This document shows, one piece after another, positions 1 through 10,373 of a stretch of 64,000 nucleotides of DNA. The stretch lies in NCBI GenBank assembly GCA_963664195.1, contig OY760907.1:3424001-3488000 (forward strand), written 5' to 3'. The translations under genes were made by a program, and so were the position numbers. The notes under the pieces were generated by a model. That model worked only from the letters and a program-made list of their open reading frames with translations, ran no database searches and was not told where the DNA came from. Origin of the DNA: an uncultured candidate division Zixibacteria bacterium. Lineage in GTDB: Bacteria > Zixibacteria > MSB-5A5 > GN15 > FEB-12. The number at the start of each line of letters is the position of its first letter. The first letter of the stretch is position 1.

Positions 1-1
1 T

Positions 2-1417
2 CTCGAATTGGAAGTTACGATTCTCACTGCCGGGCTCGTCGGCGGGGACCACGTTGGCAGCATCGACTACACGTCCAATGATGCCGGTAACGCATCCGGA
101 TATGTCCCCGTTACACTGCACATCTTTGTACCGGATATCTCCATAGGCGAAACGTCAATCGCTAAGAGCCTGAACCCGGATGAGACGGACACCTATGCGT
201 TGGTCATTGACAACGACGGTCCGGGTAGATTGATCTATCAGGTCGGAACCCAGATGGACATGAAGTCCAAGTCAAGCCAGGCCGTCACGGCGATTCAGGA
301 ACTCGGCACTCCGATCGGTTACCGTACGGCAGACGGCGACAAGGGTGGTACACAGGAACCGTTCTATGCCGCCCAAACGAAGGGCTCGGGCGGTCCGGAT
401 GCTTTCGGCTACACCTGGATAGACTCGGACGAACCGGGTGGACCGGTCTTCGACTGGATTGATATTACGACACTTGGAACGGAAGTCACACTAAGTGATG
501 ACAATTATGTTCCGTCGTACGGTTCTCCCCTGGCGATCGGTTTTGACTTCCCGTTCTACGACAGCCTGTACAGTTCACTGTACATCGGTTCAAACGGTCT
601 TATCTCCTTCGATACCGGTTACGGCCGCGCTTCTGGTGGTCCTTTGCCGGACGACAACTTCACTTCCTACATAGGCGTCTGGCACGACGATCTTGATCCG
701 CCGGAAGTCCCGGGACACGTCTACTACTATCATGATGCAGCCAACGGCCGGTTCATCGTGAGTTATGTCAATGTGAGAAACTACGTGAGTCCGACCGGGA
801 CCGGTGATCTCTCCTTCCAGGTCATCTTGTACCCCAACGGTCAGATCACCATGCAGTACGATGTGATGGATCCCGGTGCGGACACCGAGGGCCTCGCGAG
901 TGCCACAATCGGCATACAGAACTCGGACCGCACCGATGCTCTGCAGATATTGTACAATGCGGCCTACATGCACAACCAACTGGCAATTCAAATCGGTGCG
1001 GCATCCTGGCTGTCAGCCAATCCGACTTCCGGCACAGTTGACCCGTACGGAACCACCACGGTGAACTTGCTCTTCGACGCCTCGGGCCTCGAAATCGGCG
1101 ACTACACAGGTAACTTGACAATCATCTGCAACGATCCGGATACTCCGGCCAAGGATATCCCGGTCACTTTGACGGTCTCGACCGGTTGCTGTACCGGCCC
1201 GTCGGTAGGTAATGTCGACGGAAGTGTGGATAACCTGGTAACGATGAGCGACTTGACGGTACTTATCGACCACCTGTTCATCAGCCTTGACCCGCTGACT
1301 TGTGTGGCCGAAGGCAACACGGATATCAGTGAGGATGAGTTGGTGACAATGAGTGACTTGACCGTGCTGATCGATCACCTGTTCATCAGCCTCAACCCGC
1401 TCCCGACGTGTCCATAG
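2..1417 (+). CDS. Secreted/surface protein, 5'-truncated by window edge; beta-rich domains plus C-terminal dockerin-like domain
   Basis: Frame is open from base 2. Contains a GGPDAFGYTWIDSD segment and ends in CCTGPSVGNVDGSVDNLVTMSDLTVLIDHLFISL...EGNTDISEDELVTMSDLTVLIDHLFISLNPLPTCP (duplicated Ca-loop/helix repeat, 1187-1414). Confidence 0.85.
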   Translation, partial: LELEVTILTAGLVGGDHVGSIDYTSNDAGNASGYVPVTLHIFVPDISIGETSIAKSLNPDETDTYALVIDNDGPGRLIYQVGTQMDMKSKSSQAVTAIQELGTPIGYRTADGDKGGTQEPFYAAQTKGSGGPDAFGYTWIDSDEPGGPVFDWIDITTLGTEVTLSDDNYVPSYGSPLAIGFDFPFYDSLYSSLYIGSNGLISFDTGYGRASGGPLPDDNFTSYIGVWHDDLDPPEVPGHVYYYHDAANGRFIVSYVNVRNYVSPTGTGDLSFQVILYPNGQITMQYDVMDPGADTEGLASATIGIQNSDRTDALQILYNAAYMHNQLAIQIGAASWLSANPTSGTVDPYGTTTVNLLFDASGLEIGDYTGNLTIICNDPDTPAKDIPVTLTVSTGCCTGPSVGNVDGSVDNLVTMSDLTVLIDHLFISLDPLTCVAEGNTDISEDELVTMSDLTVLIDHLFISLNPLPTCP

Positions 1418-1450
1418 AAGTCGAGTCGAACTGACTCTGGAATCACTATG

Positions 1451-1491
1451 AGCCCGGCCCCGGATCACTCCGGCGGCCGGGTTTTCCTTTT
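1451..1491 (+). terminator. Rho-independent terminator
   Basis: AGCCCGGCC-CCGGA/TCCGG-GGCCGGGTT hairpin followed by a T-rich tract, just after the stop at 1417. Confidence 0.75.
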
Positions 1492-1787
1492 CGCCATACC
1501 CCGTCTTGCCTTGCCGTTCCCCGATGGAACAGGCGAAACGCTGAAGCACTGTTTCAATATTGCAGTTAGCGAGAATACGTGTCCAAAGACGCATATTGCC
1601 TGTTCAATAATCTGACAGTGTTGATCCGTTGAACAACCAAACCGACTGGTAAACCCTTTTCACACAGCAATACATCGACGTATTTCATTGCCTGACAATG
1701 CACTACCCGATTCACCTGAAGTTGGCCTGCAATTTGAATAACATTCTGACAACTAGGACAACACACGGGACAGAAATCGGAGACGTC

Positions 1788-4094
1788 ATGCACTCTGAAT
1801 CGAACACCAACAGCTACGGAACGGCACTACTCCTCTTAGTCTGCACGTTCCTGATACTATCCTCACCGATCATGGCCGCCCTGACGGCGCTTGAGGCCGC
1901 CCCCAATTCTGTGACGATCAGTTGGACCGCACCCGGCGACGACGGCACCACCGGCACCGCCACCAGCTATGACGTACGCTACTCCACCTCGATGATCAAC
2001 GAGGCCAACTGGGACGCCGCCACTCAGGCAACCGGTGAACCCTCTCCGCAGGCTGCCGGTTCCAGCGAGCAGTTTGCACTGAGTGGACTGAATCCGAGCA
2101 CGACCTACTACATCGCGATCAAAGTCGCCGACGAAGTGCCCAACTGGTCCGGCCTCTCCAACGTAGTGGTCAAGTCGACCACCGTGGAAGAAACCGCTCC
2201 GGCCGCAATCGCCGATGCAAGTGTCGGAAACCCGACCGAAAACTCTCTCACCCTGTCCTGGACTGCCCCGGGTGACGACGGCTCGACCGGCACCGCCACC
2301 TGGTATGACGTCCGCTATTCGACTTCAACCATCAGCGAAGCCAACTGGGACGCCGCCACTCAGGTGTCCGGCGAACCCGCTCCGCAGTCAGCCGGAAGTT
2401 CCCAGTCTCTGACAATAGCCGGTCTTTCCCCGGAACAGACGTATTTCTTCGCGATTAAGACTGCCGACGAGGTCCCCAATTGGTCCGCCCTCTCCAATAT
2501 CGCCTCAGGATCGACCTCGGCCGAGACCGTCCCCCCGGCGGCTGTCGCCGACCTTGGCAACAGTGGGAGCACCGAAACCTCGATCACGCTTGTGTGGACC
2601 GCCCCAGGTGACGACGGAGCCAGCGGCACTGCCTCCTCGTACGACATCAGATACTCGGCTTCTTCTATCAACGCCTCAAACTGGGATGCTGCCACCCGGG
2701 TGACCGGAGAACCGTCACCGGCCTCAGCCGGCAGCACTGAATCGTTTACCGTCGGCGGTCTGAGCTCAGGTTCCACGTACTTCTTCGCCCTCAAGACCGC
2801 CGACGAAGTTCCAAACTGGTCGGCCCTGTCCAACGTCGCTTCCGCCGCCACGCAATTCGACGGAACTTCTCCGGAAGGCGTTGACGATTTGCTGGCCGGA
2901 CTCCCGACTCTGAACTCGCTCACGCTCGTCTGGTCCGCCCCGGGTGATGACGGCGCAGTGGGAACGGCCTCGCAGTATGACGTCAGATATTCGACCTCAC
3001 CGATCAACGTCAGCAATTGGGACGCAGCGTCGCAGATTTCCGGTGAGCCGTCGCCGAGTGTGGCCGGTACGCCGGAATCTCTGACCGTAGTCGGTCTGGC
3101 CGAAAACACAACCTACTACTTCGCGCTCAAGACCGCTGATGAGCGCGACAACTGGTCGGTGCTTTCAAATGTCGCCGCAAACACCACTGCGCTCGACAAC
3201 ACGCCGCCAGCAGCCATCAACGACCTTTCAGCTGTTACCGGTGAAGAAGACGGACAGATCGAATTGACCTGGACCGCTCCCGGCGACGACGAGCTGATCG
3301 GCCAGGCTATGGGCTACTCTATCCGCTACTCTTTGGACCCGATCACTGAAGGCAACTGGGAATCCGCGCTCGTATATATGGACGTGCCCAATCCGGGCGC
3401 CTCGGGAACCACCGAAGCCATTACTATGGAGGGGTTGACACCGGGAGAACTCTTCTACCTCGCGATCAAGACTTACGATGATGCAGCAAACCCCTCTCTG
3501 TTGTCCAACGAGGCCTCGGCGATCTCCGGTCTTAATATCATAAGCGCCGCCGGAGATCTCGCCGCGCCGACGTTCCCCGCCAACGATGCCATTGTGGCCA
3601 CCTCCCTGCCCGTGCTCAAGGTGGAGAACGCCAATGCTTCCAGTGACAATGTCTACTACTTCGAGTTGGCAACCGATCCTGACTTCTATGGATTGGTTGC
3701 CGGCTCGGTAGTGGACCAACAACCCGGCGACGTGACTGAATGGAAAGTGAACGAGAGACTCGCAGTCAACGGGACCTACTACTGGCGTGTGGGTACCAAC
3801 GATGAAGGCTACAGCGAAGTTTTCCGATTCAACGTCGAAGCATTCACCCACGCCTACCCGAACCCGGTCCGTCTGGCCGACGTTGAGGCCGCTACATTTA
3901 CAGATATCCCGGAAGGCAGCGACCTAACCCTCCTCTCCGTATCCGGTAACGTTGTTCGTGAATGGTCAAATGTGACCGGCAATGATATCGTATGGGACGG
4001 TACGAATGAATCCGGCAACCAGGTAGCTTCCGGCACCTATCTCTGGTATGTTTCAGGAACTGACGCGAATGGCAAACTGCTGGTCGTACGATAA
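1788..4094 (+). CDS. Secreted fibronectin type III repeat protein with C-terminal FlgD-Ig/T9SS-CTD-like domain
   Basis: ATG at 1788 after GGAG; signal peptide; five ~113-aa repeats WTAPGDDG..GTA..YD(V/I)RYS...NW; C-terminus AYPNP...IVWDGTNESGNQVASGTYLWYV...GKLLVVR. Confidence 0.85.
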   Translation: MHSESNTNSYGTALLLLVCTFLILSSPIMAALTALEAAPNSVTISWTAPGDDGTTGTATSYDVRYSTSMINEANWDAATQATGEPSPQAAGSSEQFALSGLNPSTTYYIAIKVADEVPNWSGLSNVVVKSTTVEETAPAAIADASVGNPTENSLTLSWTAPGDDGSTGTATWYDVRYSTSTISEANWDAATQVSGEPAPQSAGSSQSLTIAGLSPEQTYFFAIKTADEVPNWSALSNIASGSTSAETVPPAAVADLGNSGSTETSITLVWTAPGDDGASGTASSYDIRYSASSINASNWDAATRVTGEPSPASAGSTESFTVGGLSSGSTYFFALKTADEVPNWSALSNVASAATQFDGTSPEGVDDLLAGLPTLNSLTLVWSAPGDDGAVGTASQYDVRYSTSPINVSNWDAASQISGEPSPSVAGTPESLTVVGLAENTTYYFALKTADERDNWSVLSNVAANTTALDNTPPAAINDLSAVTGEEDGQIELTWTAPGDDELIGQAMGYSIRYSLDPITEGNWESALVYMDVPNPGASGTTEAITMEGLTPGELFYLAIKTYDDAANPSLLSNEASAISGLNIISAAGDLAAPTFPANDAIVATSLPVLKVENANASSDNVYYFELATDPDFYGLVAGSVVDQQPGDVTEWKVNERLAVNGTYYWRVGTNDEGYSEVFRFNVEAFTHAYPNPVRLADVEAATFTDIPEGSDLTLLSVSGNVVREWSNVTGNDIVWDGTNESGNQVASGTYLWYVSGTDANGKLLVVR

Positions 4095-4162
4095 CGCACG
4101 AGACCGAACAGCAACAGCTTAGGCACGCATATTAAAGCGGCACTTGACAAAAGAATCACTGT

Positions 4163-4645
4163 CTAAACGAACGTCTTGACGATCTCCCGATGGAGGCCCT
4201 GCAAATCGGCGTAGGCCTTATTGATCTCGTCAATCTTCTGGTGCAGCTTCTTCATGAGCTGCTGTTTTTCCAGACCGTTGCGGAGGACGATAAGGATATC
4301 CTCGTTGTCCCAGGGCTTCTGGATGTATTGATACAGGCCCACCTCGTTGATCGCTTTGATCGCGTTTTCTTTGTCAGCATAGCCAGTCAGAATAATGCGA
4401 GGGACCTCGGGGCGCAGATCGCGCACTCTGCCGAGGAAAGTGATGCCGTCCATTTCTGGCATGAGGTAGTCAGAAATAACGATGTCAATGCTATTGTCCT
4501 TGATGAAATCAAGAGCTTCGTTCGCAGACAGGAATGTCCTAACCTCATAGTCCGTCTCAAGAGCCAGAAACGAACTCAAACTGGTCAGAACCATTTCTTC
4601 ATCGTCAACTATCGCAACTGTATACTTGTCGCCGGAGTTCGCCAT
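4163..4645 (-). CDS. Response regulator (receiver domain plus coiled coil, no DNA-binding domain)
   Basis: IVDDE, ISDYLMPEMDG (phospho-Asp), LTG and KPW motifs. Confidence 0.9.
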   Translation of the reverse strand: MANSGDKYTVAIVDDEEMVLTSLSSFLALETDYEVRTFLSANEALDFIKDNSIDIVISDYLMPEMDGITFLGRVRDLRPEVPRIILTGYADKENAIKAINEVGLYQYIQKPWDNEDILIVLRNGLEKQQLMKKLHQKIDEINKAYADLQGLHREIVKTFV

Positions 4646-4799
4646 GAACCTCTCCTGTAATTATCCATCTGTCAATCCCGCCACAGAGGAGGCCGGATAG
4701 TGGTCTCGCGTCGACAGCGACGCTGAATTAACAATATCGTAAAACTCAAGCAGGATTGCCAGTGTAACCTGCATCTTTCCGCAGTCTCGCGCTTCAGGC

Positions 4800-5258
4800 C
4801 TATTCTCTTGACGAACCGGCCGATACTGCCCCTCCCCCACCTACTCTCCCCATAAGACCTCGCAGCCGGGAGGCCATCTTCTTCAAGACGCCACGAGTGA
4901 TTTGAACGTGATCAGAGAGCAAATCAATGAAGTCCTCCCGGTCGACGCGCAGGAGTCGCGTGTCCTCCACGGCCGTGGCTGTAACCACATTTGGTTCCTC
5001 GTCAAAAAGCGCCCAGGTACCAAACGCCGACTTCGAGTTTGCCCGTGTGATTTCTCTCCCACCCTGATGCAGCTTGATCTGTCCGTGAAGAACGAGGTAC
5101 AGTGCCTCGGAAGGAGTATCCTGCTGATAAATGTCCTCATCCTTCAGGTACGAGACTTCTTCAGCAATCGCCGCAAGGTGTGCCAATTGTTCGGTTGGCA
5201 CCTCATCGAATACATCGATATTCTGGAGAAACAGCACTTTTTCTACAACAGTCAGCAT
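4800..5258 (-). CDS. Cyclic-nucleotide-binding-fold protein
   Basis: LYLVLHGQI...FGTWALFDEEPNVVTATA...LLRVDREDF; N-terminus VEKVLFL is typical of cNMP domains associated with Npt1-HEAT proteins. Confidence 0.85.
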   Translation of the reverse strand: MLTVVEKVLFLQNIDVFDEVPTEQLAHLAAIAEEVSYLKDEDIYQQDTPSEALYLVLHGQIKLHQGGREITRANSKSAFGTWALFDEEPNVVTATAVEDTRLLRVDREDFIDLLSDHVQITRGVLKKMASRLRGLMGRVGGGGAVSAGSSRE

Positions 5259-5339
5259 ATAGATATCCCATTGTCGCGCTTAAAATGTCTAATACCACAG
5301 CCAACCACAAGTGGTTTCCGGCTAATCCGGCCCCCCGCC

Positions 5340-8096
5340 TCAGTCTTGCACTACCAGATGACTGGTTTCACGCACCACTGGATCCGGGTCGTCCAGTGCT
5401 CGTTGACAGGCCTCACGCAACGCGGCAGTCAAGCCTTCTCTGCTCGCGTAGATAGCGCACGCACGCAACCAACCGTCGTCACCCTCGATCAGATGCAGCA
5501 AAGCCGCCTCCCTGGTGTCAAAGGTCAGACCGAAGAGCGTCTTCCCTGTCTGGATCATCGATTCCGGCGGAGTATCATCCACAATTGGAAACAAATGCCG
5601 TTTGCGCTCACCATCGAGTAGATTGTCCAACAATTCTATCGCGCTGCCTCTCTGGACCGGGTTGTTTCCCACGATACTGCGATACGCGTTAACGATATCC
5701 TTTGCAGAGTAGCAGAGCCCCAACAGCCGGAAGATTCTCTCCAGATTCTGATCCAGCTTTTCCTGCAGTGTCCGAATCAATAGCTCCATGGCCGGAGATT
5801 TGAAGTCCAGACCGTTTCGGTACAGTAGCTGGTGAGTCTCGTAGTAATGCCGCGATTCGTCAATCAGAGAAGAGGTAAGCAGCAAGTCGGGGAACCTGAG
5901 CTGGTCGAATCGATCCCGCAGTTTGTTCAAAGCGCGCACAACGGGATAGCGGTGTAGGGGAGCCACTTCGGGAAGTACGCCCAAAAGAGTATCGATGGCG
6001 GCTTGATCGGGGATGCGCGATATAACTCTCGGGATGTTGTTCCGAATTCTGAGATCAGTGGATATATCCAGTAACCTGCTTCGCAGTGTCCCCAGAACCC
6101 CCGGACCATAGTCCGCCAGTGCAGCAATTGCTGACGGTCGGCAATGACTGTCACGAAGTCGGTTCAGAAGCGGATCGACGAATACATGACTCCCCGACTC
6201 ACCCGCACTCTGAATGGCTGCTCTTACCACCATCTCAGACGGATCCTCAAGCAGTTGTGTAGTGCAGTAATACAGATCCGTATACTGAAGCTCTCCGATA
6301 GCACGCGCGATAGCGGCCCTGACCAGTGAACGATCCTCCCCGGGATAGTCCATCAACTCGAGGATCATGTCACGGTCTACCAACGCCCGCTCTTCGTCCG
6401 AACCACATTCCACAGCGCAATCGAGCGCCGCGATTCGTATGCGGAGGTCGGAGTGACGAAGATATCCGGCCAGGCCGATCTTACGACCTTCATCATCCAG
6501 CATTGCTGCCAGCAGACTCACAGCCTCGCGGCGAATATTCGGATCGGAGTCGACCAGGAATCGCTCCACAAATTCCGCAGAGAGCTTCTCGGGATACTGT
6601 TTGAGGACTAAAAATGTAGCAAGCCGCACTTCCGTAGATTGACTATCCGTCAATCCGGCGACGACATCGAAAACGCTGTCGTCCTTGACGGCCGAGAGCA
6701 TGTTGATAGCGTAAACAACCTCGCGGTCGTTCTCGCTCTTGAGGGCTTCAAGCAGTGTCTTTACCGTGGCTGCCTCGGTGATGTCTATGCGGATGTCTTT
6801 CAGGTCAATCTCGCGGGTCCGGAGCAACCGGCTGAGAGCCCTGGTGTACTCTTTGCGGGCAAAAATCACCAGGCACAACCAGGCCGCCGTCAGCATCCCC
6901 ACAACAAAGCTGACCTGTGAAACTGAAAGATGCATCACCATTGTAAACAGCAGGAGTAGACCGCCGGCAACGCCCTGAAACCATCGATCAACAAACATAT
7001 CTATGAAGACTTTGGTGCGCTTCTTGACTTCCAGAGGCACTGGTAAGTAGAGCAATTCACGTCCGGTCTTGTCAGCCGAGTAGCTCAAGCTGCCTTCGAG
7101 TCCGCGAACGACGATCGCAAGAGCCAATCCCGGCAGCAGGAACATACCGATTGAGCCGAGCAACAAACCCAGCGGCATAATCAGAATGACTCCTCCCACG
7201 CCGTATTTCTTTAGCAACCGGTGTGTCAGGAACAGCTGGAGCAATACGGAAGCGACACTGAGCAAACCATAGAAGCGTCCCAAAAACGCCGTCAACTCAC
7301 CCTCTCCCGGATAGACAGCGGCCGCCACGGTCTTGAACTGAAAATCGATCAGAGAGGATGACATCGTTGTGAGGGCGATTATCCCCACGATAATCATCAG
7401 GTACTTTGACCGACTGATCGTCCTGAGAACCATCCCGAGCGGACGATTCATTCCCAGACGGTCTTTTTTGGGGTTTGCCTCTTCAACAAACTCGGTTGGC
7501 CGTTTGACCCAGATGAGGTTTACCAACGATACGGTCAGCGCCAGAATGCCCATGCAGGCAAACAGCAAATCAGAGGTCGACAATCCCAGAGTCGAGGTAA
7601 GTACACTCGTCAGCCCACCGCCGAGTATGGCGCCGGCAATACCGCCCAACCCCAACAGCACAAACAACCGCTTGGCCTGCGAAGCATTGTACACGGCGTT
7701 GGCCAGCAACCAGAATTGCGAGACGGTCAGGATCCCGTAGATACTCACCCACACGTAAAACAGATAGAACACCCAGGTCCCCCCAAAACCCATAAGCCAG
7801 CGAAGAATCAGCAGATTAGCGATGAGCACAACTGTGGTACCGTTGATGAGACTGCGAAGACTGACCTTTCGACTCGCGCGAGCATAGATCGCGGTAACCG
7901 GCACCCCCACTAAAGCGATAAGAATGAACACCCAGGGCAACTGGTTCGCACCCAGCTTCACAAGAAACAGGCTGTCTCGTGCAGGCTTCAGCAGATACAA
8001 CGTTATCAGTATGAGGAAATGATACAGCGCCATCAATAGCGTGATGGTTCGCTCTCCCTCACGGATATCGTACGCTCTGAAAATGAAGCCGAACAT
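5340..8096 (-). CDS. Npt1/Npt2 (TLC)-like MFS nucleotide transporter fused to HEAT repeats
   Basis: About 12 TM segments with KPARDSLFL, SQFWLLANAVY..QAKRLF, DFQFK and YSADKTGRELLYLP; C-terminal HEAT-like repeats (D.DP.VR.A). Confidence 0.85.
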   Translation of the reverse strand: MFGFIFRAYDIREGERTITLLMALYHFLILITLYLLKPARDSLFLVKLGANQLPWVFILIALVGVPVTAIYARASRKVSLRSLINGTTVVLIANLLILRWLMGFGGTWVFYLFYVWVSIYGILTVSQFWLLANAVYNASQAKRLFVLLGLGGIAGAILGGGLTSVLTSTLGLSTSDLLFACMGILALTVSLVNLIWVKRPTEFVEEANPKKDRLGMNRPLGMVLRTISRSKYLMIIVGIIALTTMSSSLIDFQFKTVAAAVYPGEGELTAFLGRFYGLLSVASVLLQLFLTHRLLKKYGVGGVILIMPLGLLLGSIGMFLLPGLALAIVVRGLEGSLSYSADKTGRELLYLPVPLEVKKRTKVFIDMFVDRWFQGVAGGLLLLFTMVMHLSVSQVSFVVGMLTAAWLCLVIFARKEYTRALSRLLRTREIDLKDIRIDITEAATVKTLLEALKSENDREVVYAINMLSAVKDDSVFDVVAGLTDSQSTEVRLATFLVLKQYPEKLSAEFVERFLVDSDPNIRREAVSLLAAMLDDEGRKIGLAGYLRHSDLRIRIAALDCAVECGSDEERALVDRDMILELMDYPGEDRSLVRAAIARAIGELQYTDLYYCTTQLLEDPSEMVVRAAIQSAGESGSHVFVDPLLNRLRDSHCRPSAIAALADYGPGVLGTLRSRLLDISTDLRIRNNIPRVISRIPDQAAIDTLLGVLPEVAPLHRYPVVRALNKLRDRFDQLRFPDLLLTSSLIDESRHYYETHQLLYRNGLDFKSPAMELLIRTLQEKLDQNLERIFRLLGLCYSAKDIVNAYRSIVGNNPVQRGSAIELLDNLLDGERKRHLFPIVDDTPPESMIQTGKTLFGLTFDTREAALLHLIEGDDGWLRACAIYASREGLTAALREACQRALDDPDPVVRETSHLVVQD

Positions 8097-8117
8097 CGGA
8101 CTGTCAAGCCAAAACCG

Positions 8118-10373
8118 TTAGCTGATCTTGCTTGATCCCCCTTCCCCCCGGTCGTCGACCAGCTCGTCGAGATTGACTGGCAGCTTTATGGTGAAGGTCG
8201 TTCCCTCCCCCACGCGGCTTTCGACCAGGATTTCGCCGCGATGATCCTGAATGATCTGGTAACAAATCGACAGCCCCAACCCTGTGCCAACGCCCACACC
8301 TTTGGTCGTGAAACCGGGATCAAACACCTTGTCCAGTTTCTCTGGTACGATGCCGGCCCCGGTATCGGATATGGCAATGACGATCTCGTTGCTATCTCTT
8401 CTCGTGTTGATGGTAATAATACCCTTGTCCACGATCGCCTGCCCGGCGTTGACGAATAGATTGAGGAATATCTGGTTGAGCTGTCCCGGATAACAGGCTA
8501 TCGGCGGGATATCGCCGTACTCCCGAACGATGGTCACGTGATGTTTCAACTGGTGGTGCACCATGCTGAGGCTGTCCTCGATTCCCTCATGTATGTCGAC
8601 AACCTTCAGCTCGGCCTCATCTAAACGGGCAAAACTCTTCAGACGTCTGACTATAGAGGTGACCCGTTCGCAGCCTGACTCTATGACGCGATTGGCATCA
8701 TCGATAACTTTGAAAGCCCGGCTCGCTTCAGAGGAAGAGTCACTGTCTTGATTCTTGACCGAATCCCGGAGCTTGCTCATGGCTCTCACAAGCGTGTTGT
8801 GCATGCTGGAGATAGCGCCTACAGGAGTGTTGATTTCATGCGCGACCCCAGCCACGAGCATCCCCATAGAAGCCATCTTCTCCGACTGAATGAGCTGCGA
8901 TTGCGTCCGTTTGAGGTTTGCGTGCGTCTTCTCCAGATCTGCCAGAGCTTTTTCGAGCTTCTCCGCTTCCTTGAGCTGTTCGGCCTGGTGCGCCAGATCC
9001 TGCTCGAGGAGCTTGCGTCTCAATTCCTGCTCCTTTGCCTCGCGTTCCTGTCTGAGAGTTCGCTGCGACAGGTCACTCACTTTGGCCAATTGAGTGGCCA
9101 GTTTCAGATTGGTGCGCGCGATATTGCGAGCAACGGAGAACGACATGGAGATCAGCAGTATGAGAATCCCCCACAGGTACGGGTAGCTGAAGAGACTCAT
9201 ACCTCCATACCCACCACCAACATCGAAGAGCATCTGAATCAACGATAGTACAATGAAACAGAAGCTGCCGACGCCAATAATCAGAGAGCCTTCCTTCTTG
9301 TGCTTGATACCCACTACCAACACCCGGAGCATCTCGACCAAGACAAGAACCACAAAAACATAGATACCTGACTCGGGCATAGTCCAGCAAAAACCGGCAA
9401 AAAGAATCCCCAGACCGAGAATCACCCAGAACTGCCGTGGTAATCGAGTATAGAAGATGCCGTACAGAAACCTCGCCCCGGTTATGCCAACGGCCACAAG
9501 CGCCACCTTGAAGAGCGTAATGGAGGCGATGAACCAAACGATGTTCTCCTGACTTACCGCCGCGAACGGCAGATACGCGATCGCAGCGCATGAGAACCCG
9601 AAAAGCGCGAAGTACAGATTGTTCTGATCTTCCCTGCCCCATCGATTGAAGAAGAAAATCAGAAGGTGTATCAGAGAAACCACGAGTGCGGATAACGCAA
9701 AGGTAAACTGTAGGATCTTCAAGCGATTCGTCATCTGGACAATGCCCCCCATACCCCGTTGGACAGAGGTAACGCCCGCAAGGAAGAACGTCTCGGCACC
9801 AACTCGATCCTGAGCCGCTATTCTGTGATTCGAGAACCGCACGGCAACAACTACCGTGTCCCGGCGCAGAATAAGCGACCTGGACTCTGGTCGGATGATG
9901 AGAGCGTATTCCTCGGCCTCCTCGGTGGCTCCGACCACGCCGAGCGACTGCTCCAGTTTGCCGTCTACATAGAACTCTGAAGCACCCAACTGCCAGACTA
10001 TCAGCAACTGTGGCATTCCAATACGCCCGGAGTCTACCGGGACCCTCGTGCGAAACCAACCGATGCCTGTCCAGTGCGGTCGAACTTCATCTTTCCACCC
10101 CGCGACCGGATTGACCAACCGCCAATCCCGGTCATCGAAGTCCACACTTTTCCAGGTCGAGTCGTCCCCAGGACTGAAACGCCAGAGAGGACCAAAGACG
10201 ATATCCGAACCGGTTGTATCCGGCGCACCAGGGAGTAACCTGGGGACGGCCTCGCTGACACGACTTGAGGGATCCTGAGCTCCCATGACAGTGCCCCCCG
10301 GCAAGAGGAAAGCGCAGGCCAGGAGTACTGTCAATGACAGACTAATTCTGTTCATTTTCCACAATCTCGTCAA
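8118..10373 (-). CDS. Membrane sensor histidine kinase (periplasmic sugar-binding-like domain plus 7TM-DISM-like region)
   Basis: Signal peptide; WRFSPGDD..W / GIGWFR periplasmic domain; 7 TM segments; H-box AHEINTP; N, G1, F and G2 boxes. The start may be the second Met near 10355. Confidence 0.9.
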   Translation of the reverse strand: MTRLWKMNRISLSLTVLLACAFLLPGGTVMGAQDPSSRVSEAVPRLLPGAPDTTGSDIVFGPLWRFSPGDDSTWKSVDFDDRDWRLVNPVAGWKDEVRPHWTGIGWFRTRVPVDSGRIGMPQLLIVWQLGASEFYVDGKLEQSLGVVGATEEAEEYALIIRPESRSLILRRDTVVVAVRFSNHRIAAQDRVGAETFFLAGVTSVQRGMGGIVQMTNRLKILQFTFALSALVVSLIHLLIFFFNRWGREDQNNLYFALFGFSCAAIAYLPFAAVSQENIVWFIASITLFKVALVAVGITGARFLYGIFYTRLPRQFWVILGLGILFAGFCWTMPESGIYVFVVLVLVEMLRVLVVGIKHKKEGSLIIGVGSFCFIVLSLIQMLFDVGGGYGGMSLFSYPYLWGILILLISMSFSVARNIARTNLKLATQLAKVSDLSQRTLRQEREAKEQELRRKLLEQDLAHQAEQLKEAEKLEKALADLEKTHANLKRTQSQLIQSEKMASMGMLVAGVAHEINTPVGAISSMHNTLVRAMSKLRDSVKNQDSDSSSEASRAFKVIDDANRVIESGCERVTSIVRRLKSFARLDEAELKVVDIHEGIEDSLSMVHHQLKHHVTIVREYGDIPPIACYPGQLNQIFLNLFVNAGQAIVDKGIITINTRRDSNEIVIAISDTGAGIVPEKLDKVFDPGFTTKGVGVGTGLGLSICYQIIQDHRGEILVESRVGEGTTFTIKLPVNLDELVDDRGEGGSSKIS

